Part shown: positions 19,944-28,969 of the stretch, one piece after another
How positions within the stretch are numbered: position 1 is the stretch's first letter
Layout: each line of letters starts with the position of its first letter
Source of the DNA: a virus
Taxonomy: Duplodnaviria > Caudoviricetes
Length of the DNA: 64,000 bases
Reading direction: 5' to 3' (one strand)
IMG/VR virus record: IMGVR_UViG_3300027808_002535
Coordinates: 10,912 to 74,911 of that record
Position numbers and translations under genes: made by a program
The notes under the pieces: generated by a model
The model's input: the letters and a program-made list of their open reading frames with translations, nothing else
What the model was told of the DNA's origin: nothing
Database searches by the model: none

Positions 19944-20143
19944 AAGATCCAGTAATAGAATCCAAAGCCAATGAATTAAAGTCGTTGGTTGATCAAGTTA
20001 ATCAAATTATGAGTGATCTACAAGACATGAATGTAGAAGTTAGAATTGCATATATTGATAAAAATGAATATAATCCTACTAATGAAAAATTAAGACAAGG
20101 CATCAAACTTTGGAAAGTAGAAGAGCACAATGGCTACCTCTAG
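19940..20143 (+). CDS. Hypothetical protein
   Basis: ATGA-coupled to folE. Confidence 0.55.
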   Translation: MKDPVIESKANELKSLVDQVNQIMSDLQDMNVEVRIAYIDKNEYNPTNEKLRQGIKLWKVEEHNGYL

Positions 20144-20474
20144 TCCAGGTTACGGTGCCATACCGCCATTCGTGGGTGCCGCTATACCCGCAGGGCAGGT
20201 ACTAACTACTAATGGAACAAATGGTAGTAGTTGGTCGACGCAACATACTAATGCTGTTCAAATTGGTAATCCTGATCCTGTTATTACATTTAAATTAGAC
20301 GGTGACATCGTAACCAAAGCAGGAACTATTACAGCAGATGATTGGATTTCTGTTATCAAAGTTATGAAACAGTTGATCATGGACATGAGCCAAGATGAGG
20401 AATTAGTATCTAAATATCCGTATATACGTGATGCGGCACATATATGGATGATTAACAAACTTAAAGGAGAATAA
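20130..20474 (+). CDS. Hypothetical protein
   Basis: 114 aa ORF overlapping the previous gene. Confidence 0.55.
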   Translation: MATSSPGYGAIPPFVGAAIPAGQVLTTNGTNGSSWSTQHTNAVQIGNPDPVITFKLDGDIVTKAGTITADDWISVIKVMKQLIMDMSQDEELVSKYPYIRDAAHIWMINKLKGE

Positions 20475-20475
20475 T

Positions 20476-20739
20476 ATGGCTACACGCAAAAAGAAATCAG
20501 ACAGTGTTACTTTAGAAATGCCAGGCACTATTGGCGGCGCCAAAATAGTATTTGCAGAACCCGCAGTGGTCAAAGTCAAAGGTAGTCATTTAACTATCAC
20601 ATACACTAACGATTATCCTGAAAAATTAGAATGGGACGATGAGGCATTGATACGTGATGTTCGTGCGGCATTACTAAAAGCAGAAAGTAACGTTCCTACT
20701 ACAATAGAATCTAAATCAAAGAAGAGCAAAGCAAAATGA
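20476..20739 (+). CDS. Hypothetical protein
   Basis: AAGGAG RBS. Confidence 0.6.
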   Translation: MATRKKKSDSVTLEMPGTIGGAKIVFAEPAVVKVKGSHLTITYTNDYPEKLEWDDEALIRDVRAALLKAESNVPTTIESKSKKSKAK

Positions 20740-21149
20740 AAACAACAGTAACTATATCAGATAACGAAGAATATGTAATGGAAGATTTTCCATGGCGTGA
20801 TCCAATTAAAGAAAATGAACAAATGATAGTGTTTATAGACAACTATCCCGTGAGTGAAGCTGGACATTTTCTTTTTGTGCCTAAGACAAATGACATCAGC
20901 GACATTGCGGATTGTTTGACTGCCGCTACCAAACAAGGTGCTGTCTTTATAGAAGAAGGCAGATGTGATGGATTTAACGTAGGATTGAACTATGGAGAAA
21001 GTGCTGGACAGACTGTTGACTGGCCGCACGTTCATTTAATTCTCCGTGTTCTTGGTGATTGTGTCAATCCAAAAGGCGGAGTAAGAAATGTAATTCCAGG
21101 TAAAGGCGATTACACAGCAGATGAAAACACAACAACTGATTTCTCTTAA
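20736..21149 (+). CDS. HIT-family nucleotide hydrolase
   Basis: YPVSEAGHFLFVPK and GFNVGLNYGESAGQTVDWPHVHLI. Confidence 0.85.
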   Translation: MKTTVTISDNEEYVMEDFPWRDPIKENEQMIVFIDNYPVSEAGHFLFVPKTNDISDIADCLTAATKQGAVFIEEGRCDGFNVGLNYGESAGQTVDWPHVHLILRVLGDCVNPKGGVRNVIPGKGDYTADENTTTDFS

Positions 21150-21360
21150 TTTTTGGGAATCTAAACAGTTAGAATATTGGCTGGCTGACAATTTTCCAGA
21201 TTGTCGAGTTCGTTGCCTTTATGATACTTGGTCCGGACATCCAGAAGTAGTCGAATGGTATGCCATAGAAGGTGATATTCCACTTGACATGGAGTGCCTT
21301 CTGAAGTTAAAATATGGTGACAAACTAAAAAGCTCTAACGCAGGAATAAGACATGGATAA
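21121..21360 (+). CDS. Hypothetical protein
   Basis: 79 aa ORF overlapping both neighbours. Confidence 0.5.
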   Translation: MKTQQLISLNFWESKQLEYWLADNFPDCRVRCLYDTWSGHPEVVEWYAIEGDIPLDMECLLKLKYGDKLKSSNAGIRHG

Positions 21361-22213
21361 AATTAAAGTAAGCGAAATCTTTTATAGCGCACAAGGTGAA
21401 GGACGTTTTATAGGCGTACCCAGTGTGTTCTTTCGTACATTCGGCTGTAACTTTAAATGTGGTGGCTTTGGCCTGCCCGCAGGTCAAAAGACTACAGAAC
21501 CAGATGACATAGGTGCCAAGGTTCATTTGTATAAAACATTTATGGACTTGCCTTTAGCACAAACAGGCTGTGACAGCTACGCTAGTTGGCATCCAGCGTT
21601 TAAACACCTAAGTCCTTATTACAGCATTGATGAAGCCGTAGATGAAATGCTTAAATTAACTCCTAATAATGCATGGAAGCAACGCAATGGTAATGACGTA
21701 CATCTTGTTATTACGGGCGGTGAGCCATTGCTGGGATGGCAACAACTATATCCAGATTTGCTAAGTGAAAATAAGATGCGCGATCTCGAAAATCTAACCT
21801 TCGAGACAAACGGCACTCAGCACTTGCATGAAGACTTTAAACGTTTCTTGTCAGACTCCTATCACTTACGTAAAGATCAAATTACATTTAGTGTGAGTCC
21901 TAAACTAAGTGCCAGCGGAGAGTCGTGGAAGGATGCAGTCTGTCCCGAAGTAGTAGTAGAATATCAAACACGTGGCTTCACATACTTGAAGTTCGTTGTT
22001 GACAAGTTAGAAGACTTTAAAGAAGTAGATGCTGCCACAGCAGAATACAGGGATGCAGGGTTTAATGGGCCCGCGTTTGTCATGCCAGTGGGCGGCACAG
22101 ACGCGGCATATTTTGCCAACAGCAAACATATTGCAGACATTGCATTAGAAAAAGGTTACAGATATAGTCCTAGACTACATGTAGACATTTGGAGTAACGG
22201 ATGGGGGAAATAA
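21353..22213 (+). CDS. queE: 7-carboxy-7-deazaguanine synthase (radical SAM)
   Basis: EIFYSAQGEG, FRTFGCNFKC...CDS, ITGGEPLL, ETNG, SVSPK, RYSPRLH. Confidence 0.9.
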   Translation: MDKIKVSEIFYSAQGEGRFIGVPSVFFRTFGCNFKCGGFGLPAGQKTTEPDDIGAKVHLYKTFMDLPLAQTGCDSYASWHPAFKHLSPYYSIDEAVDEMLKLTPNNAWKQRNGNDVHLVITGGEPLLGWQQLYPDLLSENKMRDLENLTFETNGTQHLHEDFKRFLSDSYHLRKDQITFSVSPKLSASGESWKDAVCPEVVVEYQTRGFTYLKFVVDKLEDFKEVDAATAEYRDAGFNGPAFVMPVGGTDAAYFANSKHIADIALEKGYRYSPRLHVDIWSNGWGK

Positions 22214-22569
22214 TGAAAGCACAACAACCAGCAAAAGGTATAATGATCGACGCAGATTATGGCAATAGCAAATCATATACTATTGCCTGCGATTGTCATG
22301 ACGGAGATCATCAGGTTCATATGTGGATTGAAATAAACAGTGACGACGATTTGAAAGATATTGAAATGACTTTTTATGTTAATACTACCACACCATTCTG
22401 GAAACCAGGGTTTAGTAGGGCCAAGGCTGCTTGGGATATATTGGTTAATGGTTATAGAGAAGATCAACATTCATTGATCTTAAACAAACAGGCAGCATTG
22501 AATGTTGCCAGTACTATTAATCAAGTAGTAAAAGAATTAGAGGAAAAGAAAAATGGAAGTTCAACCTAA
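22213..22569 (+). CDS. Hypothetical protein
   Basis: TAATG-coupled to queE; CDC...H motif. Confidence 0.6.
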   Translation: MKAQQPAKGIMIDADYGNSKSYTIACDCHDGDHQVHMWIEINSDDDLKDIEMTFYVNTTTPFWKPGFSRAKAAWDILVNGYREDQHSLILNKQAALNVASTINQVVKELEEKKNGSST

Positions 22570-22720
22570 AGATACGAGCAAGGGACATTTTTATGTCAGT
22601 CTTGTTAAAAGCGGATTACGTATTGCCGCTGGTGCGGCATTATGTATCTATGGCTTACCTATTGTAGGCGGATTGTTTATTGCCGCAGAGATACTAGGCA
22701 TTGTCGAGGAACTTGTATGA
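22553..22720 (+). CDS. Small membrane protein (55 aa, not in the ORF track)
   Basis: MEVQPKDTSKGHFYVSLVKSGLRIAAG...EILGIVEELV; GAGG RBS; ATGA-coupled to the next gene. Confidence 0.6.
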   Translation: MEVQPKDTSKGHFYVSLVKSGLRIAAGAALCIYGLPIVGGLFIAAEILGIVEELV

Positions 22721-23028
22721 AAGATTTCCTAAAAGGTCTGTTCAATAAAAAAGAACAACCTACAGGCAAAGAAGGTAAAGAACCTTGGGTCAATGTTGTT
22801 AACACAAACTTTGACGGAGAAAATCCAAATCAAGGCTTTATGGAACTTGAATGGAATAAACCATTTATTGAGTTCCTGCGTAAACATGGTTATGAAGGCG
22901 CCACTGACGAAGAAGTGGTAGACAAATGGTTCACTGATCTATGCAAGAACATTGGCGGCCAAATGGACGAAGAAGCCAAATTTGTCGCTGATGCTGACAA
23001 GTTACCAAAAAAGCGTAAGAAGGCTTGA
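22717..23028 (+). CDS. Hypothetical protein
   Basis: Starts MKDFLK; contains ELEWNKPFI...VDKWF. Confidence 0.65.
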   Translation: MKDFLKGLFNKKEQPTGKEGKEPWVNVVNTNFDGENPNQGFMELEWNKPFIEFLRKHGYEGATDEEVVDKWFTDLCKNIGGQMDEEAKFVADADKLPKKRKKA

Positions 23029-23057
23029 CTTTAATTGATAATCGTGTATAATAGTGT

Positions 23058-23273
23058 ATGTCAGCAAAATTAAATTGGAACTTTGAAGTTAAATGGGTAG
23101 GTGATACTCATATATTATTAATCCTAACAAGAACCGATGACGACAACATTAAAAATGAAATGCTGATGACGGTTAAAGAGTATGCTGAGTTTATGAGCTT
23201 GCTACAAGAGTTCAACATACATTTTAAAGAAAAAATTGATCAACAACTTATACAAGAGTATTTAAATGGGTAA
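23058..23273 (+). CDS. Hypothetical protein
   Basis: Follows TTGACT-N16-TATAAT at 23025-23052. Confidence 0.55.
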   Translation: MSAKLNWNFEVKWVGDTHILLILTRTDDDNIKNEMLMTVKEYAEFMSLLQEFNIHFKEKIDQQLIQEYLNG

Positions 23274-24255
23274 ACAATACATCCTGGTAGATGCCGCTAA
23301 TATGTTCTTCCGTGCTAGACATGTTGTCCGCGGAGAAGATGCAGAAACTAAGGTAGGCATGGCTTACCACATTATGTTTAACAGCATTAACAAAGTATGG
23401 CGTGACTTTAAAGGTAGCCACGTTGTTGTCTGCCTCGAGGGTCGAAGCTGGCGCAAAGATGCTGATAAAAACTATAAAGCAAATCGTACTGCGGCACGTA
23501 TGGCACTGAGTCCTAAAGAAGCAGAAGAAGATAAAATCTTTTGGCAAGCATTCGACGAGTTTAAAGACTATCTCACATCCAAATCTAACTGTACTGTTCT
23601 ACAGCATGAACGCTGTGAAGCTGATGATTTCATTGCTCGCTTTATTCAAAATCATCCAGAAGATGAACATGTGATTGTCAGCAGTGACAGCGACTTTTAC
23701 CAATTACTTTCTTCAAACGTTCGTCAGTTCAATGGCATTAGTAAACAACTAATTACCGTTGAAGGCATCTTTGATGAAAAAGGGCGCCGCATTAAAGATA
23801 AGAAAACTAAAGAAGAACTGGCGCCGCCTGATCCAGAATGGTTATTGTTCGAAAAATGTATGCGTGGTGACAGCAGTGACAATGTCTTTTCTGCTTATCC
23901 AGGTGTGCGTGAAAAAGGCACTAAGAATAAAGTTGGACTACGCGAAGCGTTTGCTGATAGAGAAAACAAAGGCTTAAATTGGAATATGATGATGTTGCAA
24001 CGTTGGGTTGACCATAATAAAGTCGAACACAGAGTTCGTGATAGATATTTGCATAATAAGATGCTAATTGACTTGACAGAACAGCCAGAAGATATTAAAC
24101 TAGCGTTAGACACAACTATTAGCGAATCCGTTAATAAACAAAGGGTACAGTCGGTGGGCTTACACTTTGTTAAGTTTTGTAGCAAATGGAATCTTGTCAC
24201 TATCGCAGATAAAATGACAGATCATGGCGAATACCTCGGAGCAACATACCAATGA
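23266..24255 (+). CDS. rnh: T4 RNase H-like 5'-3' exonuclease (FEN family)
   Basis: ILVDAAN, YKANR, EADDFIA, SSDSDFYQL, GDSSDNV. Confidence 0.9.
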   Translation: MGKQYILVDAANMFFRARHVVRGEDAETKVGMAYHIMFNSINKVWRDFKGSHVVVCLEGRSWRKDADKNYKANRTAARMALSPKEAEEDKIFWQAFDEFKDYLTSKSNCTVLQHERCEADDFIARFIQNHPEDEHVIVSSDSDFYQLLSSNVRQFNGISKQLITVEGIFDEKGRRIKDKKTKEELAPPDPEWLLFEKCMRGDSSDNVFSAYPGVREKGTKNKVGLREAFADRENKGLNWNMMMLQRWVDHNKVEHRVRDRYLHNKMLIDLTEQPEDIKLALDTTISESVNKQRVQSVGLHFVKFCSKWNLVTIADKMTDHGEYLGATYQ

Positions 24256-24725
24256 TTTTAGCAAAAAGTGTAATTAAAGATAAGTTTTGGATATTAGAAG
24301 AAAATGCCAAACGGGTTGGCATGATGAACTTTAAAGATAATAACTATACTATTAATCTTAAACGCAAAGACATAGTGGCGTATAGTGCCAACGATCTCAA
24401 AGATCTTGGCATTGAGTTTGTCGTACGCGATTTAACGCATGGCGGACATCTTGAGGTCATGAGTTACCCAACAGACCAAGAAGAAGTCTTTAATGTAAAA
24501 GAGATCGACGGATTTCCGACATTTACTAAAAAAGCAGAAAGTAAAAGCACACACGTTGCGGGTTGGTATGGATTAAGATTTAAAAATGGTTGGTGTACTA
24601 GTTTATGTCCTAGATTATCCACTGTTAAGACTAATGTATATGTGGGACCTTTTAAAACTAAAATGGATCTAAAAGTTGTTTTAGGACAGAAAAAAGACGT
24701 AATTTTAGACGAAGACGATAGTTAA
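24252..24725 (+). CDS. Hypothetical protein
   Basis: 157 aa, ATGA-coupled to rnh. Confidence 0.65.
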   Translation: MILAKSVIKDKFWILEENAKRVGMMNFKDNNYTINLKRKDIVAYSANDLKDLGIEFVVRDLTHGGHLEVMSYPTDQEEVFNVKEIDGFPTFTKKAESKSTHVAGWYGLRFKNGWCTSLCPRLSTVKTNVYVGPFKTKMDLKVVLGQKKDVILDEDDS

Positions 24726-24774
24726 AATAGTATATAACCTGTTTTCTGATAAATAATATATCGGAGAACATTAA

Positions 24775-25092
24775 ATGGCAAGACCTAAACCTACTATATT
24801 ATTAACACACGTGGATCCTAGCTCATATAAGAGCGAAGAAGTATTAGAAGCTGATGCTATCTATGCAGTATTTTATAAAGGCCGGCCTTTTAATCTTCGT
24901 ACATTCCTAAACAGCTTACAGGATTATCCCGGGCCAAAGTACAAGAAGGTTAGCTTTAGTAATTCAGGACACGCATTTAATCTAATGGAAAAAATGAACA
25001 AGTTGTTCAAGTGTTCGGATTTTATTGTAGTAGAATTAAAAGAAGGGTCTTTAGTCAATGAGTCAGACCTTGTCAAAAAAGCAGTTAAGTGA
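24775..25092 (+). CDS. Hypothetical protein
   Basis: GATAAATA and GGAG RBS upstream. Confidence 0.7.
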   Translation: MARPKPTILLTHVDPSSYKSEEVLEADAIYAVFYKGRPFNLRTFLNSLQDYPGPKYKKVSFSNSGHAFNLMEKMNKLFKCSDFIVVELKEGSLVNESDLVKKAVK

Positions 25093-25396
25093 AGCAATAT
25101 TCGAACAACTTAAAAAGTCCGTAGGACAAGAATTAGAGTTCTTTCAAATATTTAAAAATGTCAAGGGTACCAGATTTACCAGTACAGGTTTTGAACTGGC
25201 TAAAAGTCTATGGCGAGTGTATCCAATAAAATTCAAACAAGAATATAGAGTATTAAACAAGACTCTACTGTTATTAGACGAACGCATGGATTGGCCATAT
25301 TACCTGAGCAAACGTCAATTAGTATTGTTCAGCGAAATGGATGCGTTCGAGTTTACATTATATTCGGGCGATATAAATTTATGGTCCAATAAATGA
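25058..25396 (+). CDS. Hypothetical protein
   Basis: 112 aa ORF. Confidence 0.6.
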   Translation: MSQTLSKKQLSEAIFEQLKKSVGQELEFFQIFKNVKGTRFTSTGFELAKSLWRVYPIKFKQEYRVLNKTLLLLDERMDWPYYLSKRQLVLFSEMDAFEFTLYSGDINLWSNK

Positions 25397-25400
25397 TAAA

Positions 25401-25745
25401 TTATACAACTTCATTTTCAACTGTAATTGCGTGGCCATGTAATAAGTTGTATTCATCACGAGTATCTTTGAATGGTGTCATGCCTTGGGCGGCGATTATG
25501 GCGGCCTCTTCGTCAAAATAGTTCATCTTACTTTCGGCCGAGTTAAAGCTGTAAGCAGATATCAGTGTTAAGCCGTCTTCTGACTCGGTTCTTTCGAACG
25601 AAATAAGGCGCTCGGGCCCGGCAACCTGGGGACGTTGTTGTTTCGCCTGTGTCATTAGCTCTTGGTATACTTGACCCACAGCCGTATGAATAAAAAATGG
25701 TGCATTTGCAGTTGGTCTTACAGTGGTGACTGTGAATTTGAACAT
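25401..25745 (-). CDS. Hypothetical protein
   Basis: AGGAG RBS and ATAAATA upstream on the minus strand. Confidence 0.7.
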   Translation of the reverse strand: MFKFTVTTVRPTANAPFFIHTAVGQVYQELMTQAKQQRPQVAGPERLISFERTESEDGLTLISAYSFNSAESKMNYFDEEAAIIAAQGMTPFKDTRDEYNLLHGHAITVENEVV

Positions 25746-25868
25746 AATTGTCTCCTAGAATATGTTTACTTTATTTATCTTTAAATTTATTTTTTAGCGT
25801 TTTTAATGTCTTTTTCATATCGAGTCGTTAATAACTCGAATATTGACAAACTTTTAACATAATATTCT

Positions 25869-26780
25869 TCATTGACTTATGTTTAATTTATTGTTGGTTA
25901 TAAAATACTCAAGCAGTCTATTGCTTTTTAATACTGCATTAGTTGACCATACTTCAGACGTTGCTACTGGAAGTAATCCCAAGTTAAACGCGGATTCCCT
26001 AAATGACTTGTTTGCAAAAACTTTATTTAAATCATCGACAATTTTTTTCTTATTGGTGCCGGACATCGTTTTTGCAACGACTAAACAAATATAGCTTTGA
26101 TACGGATATGATTCTTTAAATTGTGTGTCCCATGTCGGGATTCCTTTAATTCTAATATCATGACTGCTCAATAAGATATTAATTCTGTTATCGCCAATAA
26201 AGCCTTTTATGGCGGCCAAATTTGCAAACGAACAATCAACATTTCCTGCCAACACATCAATTACTCCTCTGTTGCCGCCGGCAGCATATGGAATAATTAA
26301 ATGTTTCATCTTTAATTTCGTTAACAAGGATTCGGTTGCAATGTGTTCATTGCTGCCGTAACCGTTAACAGCAAAGCTCAAAGTCTTGCCGTTGTATTTT
26401 ACAAAATCATCAATGTTCTTGAATCCTACATTCTTGCCGCAGACAAGAAGATTCGGCATGATTGCCACCGTGGCCAATATTTCTAAATCTCGTTCTGGAT
26501 TATATTCCAAGTCTTTAAAAATCATTGGATTAGTTACATATATCTGTGACATTGTGGCGGTAATGACACTTTCGCCTTTGAGTACTTGTTTCATTGCAAT
26601 CCTACCCTGAGCACCGGGTCGATTTTGAACAACATAGTTATTAGGTAAATCTTTGGCAATAAATCTGGTAATAGCATCACTCGGACCGCCAGGTGCATGA
26701 TGAACGGTTAACTCTATGTTGTTTGCCATTGCCTGCGTTAGACTCAATAGCAAACTTAATGCAGTGATTAATTTTTTCAT
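25869..26780 (-). CDS. Bug/TctC-family periplasmic substrate-binding protein
   Basis: Signal peptide; APGGPSD, QNRPGAQG, PYAAGG, DVLAGNVD. Confidence 0.85.
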   Translation of the reverse strand: MKKLITALSLLLSLTQAMANNIELTVHHAPGGPSDAITRFIAKDLPNNYVVQNRPGAQGRIAMKQVLKGESVITATMSQIYVTNPMIFKDLEYNPERDLEILATVAIMPNLLVCGKNVGFKNIDDFVKYNGKTLSFAVNGYGSNEHIATESLLTKLKMKHLIIPYAAGGNRGVIDVLAGNVDCSFANLAAIKGFIGDNRINILLSSHDIRIKGIPTWDTQFKESYPYQSYICLVVAKTMSGTNKKKIVDDLNKVFANKSFRESAFNLGLLPVATSEVWSTNAVLKSNRLLEYFITNNKLNISQ

Positions 26781-26861
26781 TTCTATTAGATTTGTGTTTA
26801 TAAATGGAAACAAGCAGTTTCCCACACAATCATATTTATAGACCAGAGCCTTATTATACCG

Positions 26862-27776
26862 TCAATTTTTAATCAATCTAGTTACAATTTCCTTCCAATA
26901 TTGTCTTTCATTAATATACCAATCGTTGTATTTTGCTACTGAAAGAGTAGTTGGTGTAATTAAATCCTTTTGATATGCTTCTAATGCTTTGCTACTAACT
27001 GTAGACTTTGCTAAAATTTTATTAATTTCGTTATATTTGTCAACGGGCATTTCGTTAGATGCAAATACAGCATAATTAGCCACTAACTTATCAACTCCAG
27101 ATATGCCTTGTTTAGTCAGGAGTAGTCCTTTGAACTCTTCTAAATCTCGAACACCGGTATATCCAATTACTGAAACTTCTTTAGCATCAATAATGGGTTT
27201 AGCATCTATGACAAAGGTTACTGCGGCATCTACATGCCCGCCTGCAGCCGCTATTGTAGCATCGACCATACCTTTAAAATTTACAATGACTAAGTTAGGA
27301 TTCTTTTCTTTAAGAATTCTAGCTAAAATATCAGATATGCCGCCTATGCCACTAATACCAATACTTGGATTGGGTTGCTGAAGTAACTCGTTTATATTTT
27401 TATATTTTTTACTAACTACAGCCAAAGGGGCGCCACCGCCTTGCACTAATACTGGCTTAAATTTATCTAAGTCATGGATACCTGTCGTTTCTGCTGACGG
27501 TCTAATAAAGAAACTAGAACTCATCCCCACTACGGTATTATTCGGATTCTGTAACACATGATTGGCAGCAATGCTGCCGCCGGCCCCTGATTTAGATTCG
27601 ATAATGAAATTGTATTTTGATTGAGACTTATTAGCATCTTCTGCGATGTGTCTTAATGTTAGTGCTTGATTTGAGGAAATGTTAAATCCCCATAGTATAG
27701 AAATAGTTTCGGCTGCTGATGCCGCTGCCGCAGTTGCTAATGTGGCAATTGCCACGATTGTTTTAAATGTTTTCAT
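26862..27776 (-). CDS. Bug/TctC-family periplasmic substrate-binding protein
   Basis: Signal peptide; ESKSGAGGSIA, VNFKG, AAAGGHVDA. Confidence 0.8.
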   Translation of the reverse strand: MKTFKTIVAIATLATAAAASAAETISILWGFNISSNQALTLRHIAEDANKSQSKYNFIIESKSGAGGSIAANHVLQNPNNTVVGMSSSFFIRPSAETTGIHDLDKFKPVLVQGGGAPLAVVSKKYKNINELLQQPNPSIGISGIGGISDILARILKEKNPNLVIVNFKGMVDATIAAAGGHVDAAVTFVIDAKPIIDAKEVSVIGYTGVRDLEEFKGLLLTKQGISGVDKLVANYAVFASNEMPVDKYNEINKILAKSTVSSKALEAYQKDLITPTTLSVAKYNDWYINERQYWKEIVTRLIKN

Positions 27777-28923
27777 TCATGTTTCCTATTAAATATTTAT
27801 TTGAAAAAGTTGTGAGGCCGCTAACTACTCCATCACGCTTGCCTGTCACAACATAGTTTTTTGCATTCTCTGCAACATAATTTATTCCTTCTTGCCATAT
27901 TTTAAACTCAGGAGTGTCGTTGTATAGTGAAGAAAACCAGTCATCAAATTCATTGTTCCAATCTTTTGTAGACTTATCTGCTTGATACCAGGAATCATTC
28001 CACGTTGTGTATATAATTTTTCTATACATCCTTTCGTGTATCAGTCGGTGTTTTGTAAACAAATCTATCAAATCAACAGGGCTCCATAGTGGTTGATATT
28101 GGGGATATACTCTTAACCATTTTTTAATAACATGCGCCTGCTTGCACAATATTGGCAATGCGCTTGGTGCCCAATAAAAATACTCAACTGTAGCGTTATC
28201 ATATTCAATCAAATGGTCGCTTGCACTGGCAATATTAGCACTCTTATCGCTGAATAGTATATAGAATTTATTCTTTTCTATGTAAGTTCTAGGCTTTTCT
28301 ATTCCTAATATTACACATATACTCTTACTACGATCGAATTGATTTCTTACTTCTTTAAAATATGTGTAATTGTAACGAGTTGCACCACTAACATTTAATG
28401 GCTCACGACTAGTTTCTACCCATGACGCATTTCCTGCTTTTCTCAAAGTATCAAAAACGTTATCGCTTAAATCTAATACAGTAATTTTAGTTTTAGGACT
28501 TTGATCTTTTATATATTGTAACCTGCCGATAGTTTGTAATTCAAATTCTGCGCTTGCATTCCAACTTCCTCGAATACTAGTATCTAATACAGTTAAGCGA
28601 TTAGCTTTGGACATGTGATTAACAACTACCTCATCAATTAACAGTCCTTGCCGCAAAAATGATTCTAATATGTTGTGACTATCGCTACCTGCACTATAGC
28701 TTAAAATAACATAATCGTATTTCTCACGAATTTCCCTGGATCGTCGGTCATACAGTTGATCCAGTGTTTCTTCCGGCTCTATAGTCCAATCAAATCTGTT
28801 AAATTCTTCGTTATTAAAATGCCAATTTAATGGTTTATTTACTTGGGAAGCATATACACATGCTTTAATCTTAGAATCAAATTCTAAATTGTTACACGAA
28901 TAATATCCTAGTGTCTTGTTCAT
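27763..28923 (-). CDS. PP-loop ATPase (asparagine synthetase/QueC-like superfamily)
   Basis: ILSYSAGSDSHN; clear paralogue of 28970-30136. Confidence 0.65.
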   Translation of the reverse strand: MNKTLGYYSCNNLEFDSKIKACVYASQVNKPLNWHFNNEEFNRFDWTIEPEETLDQLYDRRSREIREKYDYVILSYSAGSDSHNILESFLRQGLLIDEVVVNHMSKANRLTVLDTSIRGSWNASAEFELQTIGRLQYIKDQSPKTKITVLDLSDNVFDTLRKAGNASWVETSREPLNVSGATRYNYTYFKEVRNQFDRSKSICVILGIEKPRTYIEKNKFYILFSDKSANIASASDHLIEYDNATVEYFYWAPSALPILCKQAHVIKKWLRVYPQYQPLWSPVDLIDLFTKHRLIHERMYRKIIYTTWNDSWYQADKSTKDWNNEFDDWFSSLYNDTPEFKIWQEGINYVAENAKNYVVTGKRDGVVSGLTTFSNKYLIGNMNENI

Positions 28924-28969
28924 CTGTAGTTAAATTTCCTATATAGTATTTTTTGACAGAGTTAGGCAT

